The position numbers and the translations under genes are program-made. A stretch of 41,258 bases of DNA from Novakomyces olei (taxonomy: Eukaryota): NCBI GenBank assembly GCA_016906335.1, contig JADEYG010000009.1:1612001-1653258 (forward strand). Direction: 5' to 3'. The notes under the pieces are model-generated. The model was given only the letters and a program-made list of their open reading frames with translations. It ran no database searches and was not told the origin of the DNA. This document shows positions 13,673-25,197 of this stretch, one piece after another (positions within the stretch are counted from its first letter, which is position 1; each line of letters starts with the position of its first letter).

Positions 13673-14584
13673 TGCCGCCCGCCTTTGGGCAGAGTGATGT
13701 ATGTACCCCGAATAGACGGCGATACTGCACTATTATTTGTATTTTTATCAATTAATATAAATAGAGAGTGAGTGGGGAAATGTAGGAGAACGCTTGCCAT
13801 AGTAAAATAAAAGGCATATGTACGAGGTCAGACAACGACATGATAAGGTCGATATGCGATGGGCAAATAGGCTTTGTCGCTATTGAATGTGGGAAAGTAA
13901 AATCTGCTTATTATGGGACTAGATACCATCGTTGTGATCATTGCTGAGCTATAGTCAGGCGAAATTCAAAACGAGGGAGAGTATTTATAAAAGTGGTCTA
14001 TTAGGAAGCTGTGCCGTGGTGCAACACAAAATGCAGCATACCCAGGAAATTATTCCACATGAACGCTTTCAAGTTTGATTTGTGCTTGCACCTTTTCACT
14101 CATGTCATAAACTTTTAACAAAGCAATTTTAACTGAAAAATATAGCCTCCACTTTTTTTTTTTTTTTTTGCGCAAATGAGAATTTTATTTTATTTTATTT
14201 TTTTCTTCAATAAAATTGTATGCGGCAATTGATCACTTTTGCTGAGCAAGACAAATCAAATTTTCCTTCATATCAGCCGACAGCACTGTCTTCTTACAAC
14301 TTCCAATCATTTTGAAAGACTTGGATGGCCAATTTTTTTATTTGCAGGGTTTGCGATACCAGATTGCCAGATAATATAGTAAACTTTGTTATAATTGATT
14401 CAATTGTTGGCAACCGAATGCTGGAATTTTTACAAATTGGGGGCAAGAGAGCCAGAAAACAGGTCGCACATAGAATAAGACTTTTAATCCAATCTGAGTG
14501 AAGAGAAAACGGCCAGCGCTTCTCGTCCTTTCGGAACGATAATTTGTTATCGCTGCTTAAGCAAGCGCGTCACATACATCCAAT

Positions 14585-14598
14585 CGGAAACGTTCCCG
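14585..14598. promoter_or_regulatory. CGG-N8-CCG candidate Zn2Cys6 site (TF/oxidase divergent promoter)
   Basis: CGGAAACGTTCCCG. Confidence 0.6.
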
Positions 14599-14689
14599 AT
14601 CGCTGAGTGGGTACGATATAGTCAATACTGATAAAGTGAGAAGGAGCTTACCTTTGTGTTACTTTCTTTATTCTATAAATACCTGTTAT

Positions 14690-14703
14690 CGGAAGCGCTA
14701 CCG
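14690..14703. promoter_or_regulatory. CGG-N8-CCG candidate Zn2Cys6 site (oxidase promoter)
   Basis: CGGAAGCGCTACCG. Confidence 0.6.
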
Positions 14704-14857
14704 CGAGATACGTGGGCGCAATGTAACCTGCCTTTCGGAGAGCGATCTGGTCTTACATCAGATACTCCATCTTTATGGACTTAATAAAGACTGAGTAACT
14801 ACTTGAACTTAATTAGCAATTACAGTTCTGCTGCTTTGATATTTGAAGACGCGCAAT

Positions 14858-16283
14858 ATGAAAATTCAAAAGTCAGACCCAATAATCATAGTTGGTGGGG
14901 GCGCTTATGGTCTTTCGACTGCACTCCATTTGTTGCAAGATGGTTTCACCAACCTATCCGTCTTTGAAAAGAGCGAGACAATTCCTCCTTTACAGTCGGC
15001 TGCGAATGATCTCAACAAAATTGTGCGAGCGGAATACGAGGAGCCATTCTATTCGGATTTGACCTTGGTAGGCAGTATACTTTTTTTCAATAAACATATT
15101 TTTGTTCAATTTTGATCCGGTTTAGACATCGGCATAAAATGTTTTGTGCTATCATCTTTGGCTATTTACAGTTTTATTAATTTATCAGAAAGCAATTGAA
15201 GCTTGGAAAACTCCTCTTTTTGCGCCACATTTCCACCAAGTTGGTTTCGTCCACTGTGTGTCTGGAGCTGCTCCACAGGAAGCACAAAACACTCTAAACA
15301 GGTTCCAGAAGGCGGCGGAAAATAATCCGGTTCTAAAGCCTCATGTGAAACCAATTAACGGGCCCGTCGACGTGCATGAAACTTGCTGGCAATTCAATCA
15401 GGGCCAAACGCCAGGCTGGAAAGGCTACGTCAACTACTATGACGGTTACGCACACTCAGGAAATGCTCTTGTTTCTGTCTTTCGAGCCACAATTTCATCT
15501 GGCGTAAAGTACTTCTTGGGGCCTCAATACGAAGTCAAGAAAGTGATTTACGGTAAGCCTGTGTCTCAGAATTTTGCCGGTGTTCAAACAAAAGACGGTA
15601 AGATTTATAAGGCCGCGCTCGTTATTGTAGCGGCTGGAGCGGCAGTTGGACGCTTGATTCCAGAACTTGGAAGGCAAGTCGTTGCTAAGTCTTGGTCTGT
15701 AGCCCATGTCCATTTGACGGACGAAGAAACGTCGGCTTTACGTGGAATCCCTGTCACTTATGCCCGTGATTTAGGCTTCTTTTTCGAGCCTGATCCAAAG
15801 ACAAATTTGTTGAAACTGTGTCCCATGGGTGGTGGCTATATCAATACTGACCCAATGAATGGAGTATCTTATGCTCCGGAGTCTTATGGAGATAGTGCGT
15901 TTATGCCAGAGGAGGACGAAAAGAAAGTACGGCTTTTACTAAAGCAAACCCTACCTTATTTGGCCGATCGCCCTCTGGTGCAAAAGACACTTTGCTGGTT
16001 TGCCGATACAAAGGACACAGATTTTATTTTCGATTATGCCCCAAATTCTAATTCTACAGTACTTGTAATGTCTGGTGACTCTGGCCATGCTTTCAAGATG
16101 TTTCCAATAATTGGTTCATGGATCGTCGATCTTTTGAAGGCTCCCAATGGCCAACAGAATACAAAGCGCTGGCGCTGGAAGGAAGCTAACGACAAAAAAG
16201 AGAAATGGGCCGGAGAAGTCAGCTGGCGGCTTGGCGCAAGCACAGAGTTTGCGGATATCAAGCAGCCAAGGTCCAAACTATAG
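14858..16283 (+). CDS. FAD-dependent amine oxidase of the monomeric sarcosine oxidase / L-pipecolate oxidase / fructosyl-amino-acid oxidase family; peroxisomal; 2 exons (intron 15068-15188)
   Basis: IIIVGGGAYGLSTALHL, SAANDLNKIVR, LCWFADT (covalent-FAD Cys), GDSGHAFKMFP, C-terminal SKL (PTS1). Confidence 0.9.
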
Positions 16284-16790
16284 ATCTTGGCAACAGAATT
16301 GGGATTATTATTATTAGAATTATTTTTAGGTAAATAGTAAAAACATTTTCTTTTGAATTGGGAATCATGCTGAGCTTGAACAAATTAGATATAATAAAAA
16401 TCAATTGAAATCGGGGAAAAATTACAGTGAAATGCAAAGGTGTAGTGTGAAGAAGAATGGGCAGCAATGTGAATTTACTAATGATAAGATTTGTCTTTTG
16501 TCCTTCGACAGAGGCAGCTGCACTAAATTAATAAGATCAGATATTTACAAAAATACAGTGCATTCTGACCTATAAAATTGCTCCTCGAGTTATAAGACAG
16601 ACATAATGCGGGTAAGTGCTTTAGAACCTTTTTGCAATATGTAAAAAAAGGCTTTTTAACCTAAGAGACAACTGTAATTTAGATTGTATTAGCCAAATTG
16701 TTGAAATGAAACTTTTTATCATATCCGTCTATATATTTATAGTGACTCGAGACCTGATCAGCTAAAACTGGAGATGCTGTCGCGAACAAC

Positions 16791-18774
16791 TTACTCGTTG
16801 CTTGGATATAAGAAACCGACCTGGGGAAAAAATTCTTCCTTGATCAAACGAGGATTACAGAATTTGCGTAATACGTCTGAGCTGCCCGCCTTATCGTTCG
16901 TACCGCTAGCTCGAGCGCCGCCGAAAGATTGCTGACCAATTAGAGCAGCAGTAGTTTTGCAGTCTGTGAAGAGTTAGAATTATTACAAAATAATAAATAA
17001 AACAGCTAAAATAAATGAACGTACTGATATAAAAGTTTCCGGCAGAATAGCGGAGCTCATTTTCAGCCTCTCGGATGATTTTCCGGTCCTGAGCGAAAAT
17101 AGCACCTGTAAGGGCCAACCCGCCACCGGCCTGGTCAACAGTCTTAAGCATCTTTGAGAAATCGGCATCAGGGTAAACGTAAACAGTAAGAACAGGCCCA
17201 AAGATTTCCTCATTGAAAAGCCTATGCTCCGAACTCTTTGCAACGTAGACAGTAGGCTTGACATAATATCCCACAGAATCATCATAACTACCACCAGCAA
17301 TGCACTCCAAGCTGGAATCGCTATTGCTCTCATCGATAATCTTCTTGATCTTATCGAAAGAGCGTCGGTGAATGACGGGGCCCATATAAGCTTCCATATC
17401 CTTGTCCGGGTTGCCGATAGTAATCTTGCTGATACCATCTTTCAACAGAGAGAGAAACTCTTGTGCTCGCGATTCCGGAAGGTACAAACGCGAAGTTGCT
17501 GAGCACTTTTGGCCCTGGTACTCAAATGATCCACGGATAGTGTGGTAAACAGCACTTGGAATATCAGCGGTAGAGTGAACAAGATGGAAGTTCTTCCCAC
17601 TTGTCTCAGCTACAACACGAGGAAACTCGCGATAAGATTTGCTGGCAATTCCTTGACCAATACGGCCATAAAGAGATCGAAAAACATCAGAAGACCCAAT
17701 AAAATTAAGACCAGCGAAGTCACGGTGTTTAAAGACCGCGTCGTTGATGATCTCAGGATCACCAGTGACGAATTGAATTACATTCTTTGGCAGACCTGCT
17801 TCCAAGAGGATTTTGTATACCAGATAACTGGCATAGACGCTAGAGGGAGAAGGCTTCCAGAGAACCACGTTGCCCATAAGAGCGGGAGCAGAGACCAAAT
17901 TACCTCCTAGAGCGGTAAAGTTGAAGGGAGAGATGGAATAGACGAAACCCTCCAGAGGCCGATAGTCGAGTCGGCTATATTCAGGTTAGAATTGTGAACA
18001 AGGTATAAAACTGCAATACGCTAGTAAGATTGAGTATTATATATTTGAACATTAACCGAGCAGACACAAAAGTAAGCCAGGGAATCATACCTCCACATTC
18101 CATCACTGCCCCGGTCAGGCTGTCTAGCAAAAATTTCTGCGGCATAATTACAGTTCAATCGAAAGAAATCGGCCAATTCGGCGGCAGCATCAATTTCAGC
18201 TTGCCAGATGTTCTTTCCTTGGCCTAACATAGTGGCTGCAATAATCTCATATCTGTACTTTCCAGTCACCAATTCAGCTGCCTTTAAAAAGATGGCTGCA
18301 CGATCGACGAATGGTGTGTTCTCCCACTCCTTCTTAGCACTTAGGGCTGCTTCAATGGCCTCAGAGACTTGCTCCTTTGTCGCAAGAGGGTAATTAGTGA
18401 ATTTAATTGCGTGCTCTGCTGGTAAAGGCTGATCCCATGATTTTTCGCTACTGTGCGATTTGCCATCGAATACAATTTCGCTTTGCAAAGGCAATTGAGA
18501 TCGGAGTCTCTTTAGAACAACTTCCAACTTTTCACGTTCCTCTGAACCCTTTTTATAGTGTAACTAGAACAAATTTAGCAAACAGTTTGGTTAATTGATA
18601 GCAAAATAAAGAATTTTTTGAACGGATTGGAGGAAAGTTTTTGCATTGGCGTACGTTAGACTCGTTTCTGGGATCAGGTAAGCGAAATGGCATGGTGGTG
18701 CTTGTTCGAAGTTGAACAAACCGACCCGCCTGGCGCATTGATCGCGCATTAGAGATTAATGATAATCTAGCCAT
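16791..18774 (-). CDS. PUT2: Delta-1-pyrroline-5-carboxylate dehydrogenase (ALDH4), mitochondrial; 4 exons
   Basis: Presequence MARLSLISNARSMRQAGRF; MLGQGKNIWQAEIDAAAEL, ISPFNFTA, ETSGKNFH, FEYQGQKCSATSR (catalytic Cys), EEIFGPV, GGARASGTNDKAG, end YPSNE*. Probably a cluster-specific paralog. Confidence 0.95.
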
Positions 18775-18927
18775 ATTACGATGTGCTGACGCCTTGCTTT
18801 TGTATAAAATGCTGTTACACCGGAAGTCTGAAAGCACAAGAACTGGCTTGTCAAAGAGCAGGCTGTCCCCTTTATACATCTGTTATCGGATAATAATTAT
18901 TATAATTCAGCTACAATAAATGTACGT

Positions 18928-18941
18928 CGGATGCTTTCCCG
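18928..18941. promoter_or_regulatory. CGG-N8-CCG candidate Zn2Cys6 site (P5CDH promoter)
   Basis: CGGATGCTTTCCCG, ~155 nt upstream of the ATG at 18774. Confidence 0.6.
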
Positions 18942-19479
18942 ATGGTTATTTTTTCCTTATCTTGTTTCCATATCGGACGGAACACTCCAAATTTGGAGTG
19001 GCGGTAAAGTGCGAATATATCCCTAGACACAAATCGCATTTGAATGGAATATGGAGAGCGAAGCAGACCATGTATTTGTAAGAAATTCTGTATTTTGATG
19101 TTTTCAAACTAAAATGACCCCAGCTGTCAAATGTTTGCGTGTTGTTTTGGGACTATTTTGTATCATGTTGATGAACCATGTGATGTGTTCAGTACTAGCA
19201 AGTGATGGTTAAATGTATATGTATTTTTTTCTAATAAACAATTACCTAAAACTACTGAACTTGTCGTTATAATTAACAGTGCTTGTAGAGCTATGGGAAA
19301 AGACATGCTGACCTAAGAAAATTCTGCAAAACATGTAGTCAGAAATAATTACCAATAAAATGTGCCGTCCTACTTAAAAGCCAGATAAACTTTGGACGTG
19401 AATTGAATCTCTTTAGCCAACTGAAGAATCTCATATTTTAATGAAGCAGATCAATACTGTAAAATCTATTTAAAACATT

Positions 19480-20453
19480 TTAGTGCCTTGTATCGTTAAT
19501 GTGGGGTACACTTCCCATAAGGCGGGCTACGGTAACTGCTTCACGCACAGCTCGTCCCAAATGACCTCGAACCCCTGCTTCTTCCATGACCATCACTCCA
19601 GCGATTGTACAGCCTCCAGGTGAAGTGCCCTGATCCCTCAATTCCGCTGGAGATACCCCACTTTGAAGAATACCCGCTGTACCGCGCATAGACTGAAATA
19701 TCATTTTACGGGCAAGACTGCGGGGCACGCCAACAGCGACAGAAGCATCAATCATAGCATCACAAACAATTGAGAAAAATGCGGGCGTAGAGCCAGCCAC
19801 AGCAGTAGCTGCATCCATCAATTTTGGTTCAATTTGGACTGTTTCGCCAATTTGTTCGAAAATGAAATTTGTCAAGTAAAAAAGGTCCTCTGGAGGTTTT
19901 GGATCTGATACTTCAATAGCAGTCAGAGACTGTGCAACCTGGGAGGCAACATTGGGCAAGGTACGAACAACCCAAGCCCGATCTTTTGTATGGTTCTCAG
20001 CCGTAGTTTTAGATCCGTAAAGTGCTTCTTCCAATTCTGGTCTTGTCCAGCCAGCAGCTACACTTATCAAAAGTTTGCCCTTCAATACCTGACGAAGAGC
20101 GTCATTGTTCAGTACCTCTGCAATCTCGCTAGGTTCAACGCCTAAGATTATAGTATCTGCCTCCTCGACCGCTTTGACGTTCTGGCTTCGATAAACTGAA
20201 AGCTTGTCCGAGTATTTGGAAAAACGAGCCTCAAGTCTTGAGCCCGACGCTTCGCTGCGTACGCATGCAATGAACCGTGAAAAGGGGAAATGTTTCGCGT
20301 CTTTTTCAACAGCGGCAAGTAGACCGCCTAAAATGGCAACGCCCATGTTTCCTGCCGACAGAGCGAAAATTCAGGTCAGAGAAATACTTCAAAGGTGTGC
20401 TAGGCTAACGTACCACATCCTAGTATACACAGAGTCAAGTTACTAGGAGCCAT
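19480..20453 (-). CDS. PRO3: Pyrroline-5-carboxylate reductase; 2 exons (intron 20352-20413)
   Basis: Spliced ILGC|GNMGVAIL, LLISVAAG, VVRTLPN, TAVAGSTPAF, TSPGGCTIAG. Confidence 0.9.
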
Positions 20454-20904
20454 TATATACAATAGAGTCTGCAATGGAGTTAAAGCAAAGCCTAAGCGCG
20501 TCCGGTTTTGTCTGGTCTACTGCTGATATTAATTTATTATATACGCTTGAAAAACAGAGAGTATAGTGCAAATCTTTCGATGCGTTATCTTCCAAATCTT
20601 CGGTATACGTGTGATAAAGCATTTAAATGGGTTCTATCGGGATTCGGATCCGATGATATCTTGTGCGGGATATATAAAACGGTGTGTGTGGGCGTAATAT
20701 TAAATATAGTCTGAAATGGATAAGTCCGATAAGAAACTAATGAAATAATCTGCAAACTTTTTGGCGCTATTATTACTAAAATTTTCATAACTGGATCTAC
20801 ATAATCGATAACGGAAGGGTTTTACTCATACCTCGTAATCATCATTTATCTAAATTTCTTTTCATCGCTTAAATGTTCTGTGTTCAATTTGAAAATCAGG
20901 ACTT

Positions 20905-22432
20905 CTATGTAGAGACAGCTGGTAAAAATCGAGAAAAACATCTCCGGGCCAGCTCCTTCTTTAAAGCTTTGTGTTCATCACCAGTGCGTGCTACAGCGTC
21001 TCTATTTTCAACAGCTCTGCGAAGAAGGTACGCCAGACATTCAGTCATCGTTCCCCATTGCGAGCACTTGTAAACCTCTGGAGTGCCGCTGTTGTCCTTC
21101 ATTTGTAGTAGAGAGAAACTGACTTCGTCGGACATTCCATGAAGCTGTCCAAATCGAACTGGTACCGTTGGTAAATTGTGCTCGATTCGATGCTTGTGAA
21201 GATCGTGAGCTTCAATTACACTTTTCTTGTTGTGGCTTGCCAAGAAAAGGTTAACCAATGGGAATGGCTTATCAATACCAAATTGTTCAAACTGTTGTTT
21301 AAGTACAGACTGAGAGATGTAGTTGTAAGCATCGTCAGTATTCTCTTTTGTATCGTGGATCAGACACCTCTCGTCGGTATTCATATAGGCGCCTCTGACT
21401 AACTTCAGACCGAGTGTAAATCCTTCTTTTTCAGCCTCATCCATATGCTTGAGGATTGTCGACGGAGTACTTTTCAAGTAAGCCTGATATGTATTATAGA
21501 TAATCGCATAGCCGTCCCTGTTATATTTGCGCATGAGAACCATGCCGGCTTTGAATATTCCCCATTGGAAACGCTGAGATTCAGCATCAATGAGGATGCG
21601 AATACCGCGAGATTTGCATTTTGTAGCAATTTCATCCATAGCATCAACTGCTTGTTGTGACGGAAGTTCGTTCCGTGCTAAAGCCGCCGCAACATTAGGC
21701 CCGGCTCCAGTCATTCTAAAAATTAGTTTAAAAGAATTTTCTAAAAAAGTCTTGAACCTGTTTCGGTTTCAAGGCTTTAGCGCCTTCTTTCACTTACTTT
21801 AGAGCCAGATAGTCCCCTTCTTCCAGAAACTCCACAGTCAATAAAGTTCCGACCCGCCAGGATTCTATGTTTGCACACTTAGCAAGAGCTGGGTCTACAG
21901 ACAGTCCCTTTTCTTTTTTTTCCAACACCGCCATTCCTAAGCCTTGCTCTGTTCTTGTTTTATGATCGAAAGTTATCTCCTTCGCATAAGTCATAATCAT
22001 GCCACGAAACCCCATATTTTTTATTTGCCGAACGGTAGATTTGACTTGATCAGCATTTTCTCCAGAACAAAACTGATTGTAAAACGTTTTCTTCAGAAGA
22101 TTTTTTAACAAAGGGTTGCGATCGACATTATAAATAACTGATTCTCCTGGGCTTGAGATTTTTGTTAAGGCAGCAAGCGCTGGAGTAAGAAGATATGGTT
22201 TTGATGAGACTGTTGAAACGAGCAGTGACCTTAAAAGGATAGGAGTCGGTATCGCAGACAGAGGTGGTAACGCAGATGTCTCAGCAGGCTTATCGAGCTG
22301 CTCAGCCCGTACCCCGGCACTTGAAGAGGAGGACTGGATTCCCCTGACAAAAGATCGATCAAGTAATTTTGAAGAATTTGCAACCGACTTTAAAAGATCT
22401 AGTCTAGAATTTGACACAGCAATACTTGCCAT
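20905..22432 (-). CDS. PUT1: Proline dehydrogenase family, likely hydroxyproline dehydrogenase; mitochondrial; 2 exons (intron 21716-21797)
   Basis: TFYNQFCSGEN, ALK|MTGAG, LIDAE, YNTYQAYLK, GLKLVRGAYM, ASHN, GQLHGMSD, VYKC..WG..YLLRRAVEN; N-terminal presequence. Confidence 0.92.
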
Positions 22433-22769
22433 TTCGATCTTACTTCTGTCAAGTTTAGTTTTTCGAATCTAGTATTTGGAGGTTCAAGGAGATGGAGCTT
22501 TGATTTAAAGGTGGTAGACTCCATCTCTTATCAGCATATCGAATCATGCCTATTAGATTCTTTATTCATTCTCGGGTTTAGTTTCCGTGTCAGGCACGAC
22601 AGCGGTAAATACAGATTATTTTTGCTTTACAAATTGTCATTACTTGATTGTTCGCCATGCCCACAATTGCCGCCTGGAACTCCTGTCATCGGCCAATCAA
22701 AGACCACTATCTTATCAAGGGTGGAAAAAATAAAAAAATACACTAACCCTCTCCTTTCGGACATGACAG

Positions 22770-22846
22770 CGGGAGCTCTTCCGTCCGCCATATTGTGGAG
22801 ACAGGGCAGTTTTACCGACGATGCTGCCGACACGGCAAAGCTCCCG
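22770..22846. promoter_or_regulatory. Two CGG-N8-CCG candidate Zn2Cys6 sites (PRODH promoter)
   Basis: CGGGAGCTCTTCCG at 22770-22783 and CGGCAAAGCTCCCG at 22833-22846. Confidence 0.6.
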
Positions 22847-23277
22847 ATTACTTTCGTATGAAGTTGTTAAACAGGCACAGTAATCCCAGTCCGCTAGCAG
22901 CATTTATAAGCAAAGTTATTACAGTATTTTACTAATTTTATTGCGGCCTAGAACGAGAATCAATTGGTCTTCAGATGAAAGGGAAACCGATTTCTTGCCA
23001 AACTCCATTTCTCTAAAAGACGAGGAAAAACTGCTAGTTTTTGTCATTATATACTTCTAGACTCTTATTTCTAGTATTGCTCTAGCCGCCATCAAATCCA
23101 TATTAACGTTCGTTTTCATCGGCTTCGAACTTCTATTCAAGGATTAATATAATAAATAAATAATGCCCAAAATATTTGCCCGACGAGTTTTACCATTGCT
23201 CAATTAATGATACAATATTTATGCAAGTTCTTACATCTAAGCTTTGACATTTATATGATTAAAATTGGCTATGGCAA

Positions 23278-24789
23278 TTATCCTTTTAGCGCGTTGGCTA
23301 TAGATTTCGCCACGTACTCAACATTTCCTGGATTAAGACCAGCAATGGAAATACGAGAATTTTCCGCCATATATATATGGTATTCCTCTTCATTTGTTAG
23401 AACAATCGATTATTGGATATAAGATGATAACAAACCTTTAAGTTTCCGAACAATCTCCGGAGACAATCCAAGAAAGCCGAACATGCCAGTCTGCTTGATT
23501 AAATGGTCCCAAGTCCCAGGGGCACCTTCGATATTAGTCAACAGTTCTAGTCGATATGATTTAAATGAAATGCTGAAGGAGATACCTAATGAAAGCAGAT
23601 TCTCATATAATCTTTCCCTCATCAACCGAATCCTTGAGCTCATAGTAATCAAATCTCGGAACCATTCTTGCCGAAGATCATCATTGGTTAGAATATTTGT
23701 AGCGATTTTAGCCCCGTAAGCCGGAGGATTGGAGATTTCAGATCGCTGCAGCATTTCAAGCATAGATTGACTATTAATAGCTGACGTTGTGCTGTTCGTC
23801 TTGAGAACAAAGCATCCAACTCGTTCTCCTAGAAAGTAAAAACAGTCAAATAACTTTCAGAATAGAAATGCAACACCCAAATTTCTAATTAACATTAAAA
23901 AATTCATCTTTGTCAAGCTTCTTACCATAAAGACCCATATTTTTAGCAAACGATACACAAACTCCAGCTTCCATATGTAATTCGCCGATGATGTAGTGAA
24001 TAGCAAACGCGTCGTTATCAATATTTCCAGAGTTAAATCCCAGATACGCGGCATCAAGCAGAGGGAACATTTCTTTAATTTTCAACAATTTGCACAATTT
24101 TACCCACTGATCTCGGCTTGGATCACAGCCAGTTGGATTATGAGCACAACAATGCAAAATGACAACTGACTTATCATCTGCCGCTTCCAAATGAGAATAA
24201 TACGTATCAAAGTCCAAATCTTTAAATTCTTCATTATAATATTGCAATTTTTCACACTTGAAGCCTAGCGAAGAGAAAACTTGGAAATGATTCGACCAGG
24301 TTGGCACAGGAATATAAATTTTTGGTAGAGTTTTTGGATGACATGCCCTTAGAAGCGCTCCTGCCACATGCAAAGAGCCAGTGCCCGATAAGGTCTGACA
24401 TGTTGCAATCTGAGATTAGCCCTTGACCAATTAATCTCATTTATAACATTTTAGACACATTCGAAAATGAATAGATGTTATACCTTGTCTTGAGACTTTG
24501 CATAAATCTCTGAGCCCAGAACCAGCTCGGCAACAGACTGCCTAAATCTAGGCAGTCCTAGAATTGGAAGGTATTCATGATTCAGACCCTCATATGCTAA
24601 GCTTTCGCGGCTTTTCCTGACAGATGGCAGGATCCATGGTTGTCCATTTTCATCACGATATGTCCCTTGTCCCAGATTGACTTTTCGTGTATCAGTGTCT
24701 TTCTGAAACTGTGCAGTCAGTGCAAAAATAGCATCAGGAGGAACGTATATGGCGCACGCCAGAAAAGACGGCGTCTCGTCTTTTGTCAT
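23278..24789 (-). CDS. Aspartate aminotransferase family (class I PLP); candidate 4-hydroxyglutamate transaminase; ~5 exons
   Basis: PPDAIFAL, KVNLGQGTYRD, HEYLPILG, PTWSNH, LHCCAHNPTGCDP, SFAKNMGLYG (PLP Lys), RSEISNPP, QTGMF, SRISIAGLN; no obvious presequence. Confidence 0.92.
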
Positions 24790-25046
24790 TTTTGCCGATC
24801 CTGCTATTGAGCCCAAAATAATGGGTTCTTTTGAGAGGCACAAGGCACGTAGTCCTATATTATATGTACATATATATATTTGCCGGACCTCATCGAGTGT
24901 TCTGCGCTTTCGCCTTTATACATAGCTCCAATTCTCCAGAGATTACAATAGTGCTATAAGTGAATTGAGGTCAATTTTCACGTTATTGGAAGTATCTTGA
25001 GTTGTTCTCATTAACCCTGCGATACTTTTGCGAAGTTTCTTGGACA

Positions 25047-25060
25047 CGGAAGCGATCCCG
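25047..25060. promoter_or_regulatory. CGG-N8-CCG candidate Zn2Cys6 site in the ~410 bp divergent aminotransferase/aldolase promoter
   Basis: CGGAAGCGATCCCG. Confidence 0.6.
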
Positions 25061-25197
25061 TTCATATCAAAGGCGCCCACTTAAGATTGATTAAATAAAT
25101 GTTCAAGTTATTGAGAGTATAATTTAGCGCGCTTGGAACGACTTAGCAAAATCCCGTCTAGCAGCCAAACCTACGAGTGCTCTGCCGCAAGATAACA

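Noticed and set aside
13673-25197. Canonical Put3 sites CGG-N10-CCG in cluster promoters
   Set aside because: Not seen on manual scanning; the recurring spacing is N8.
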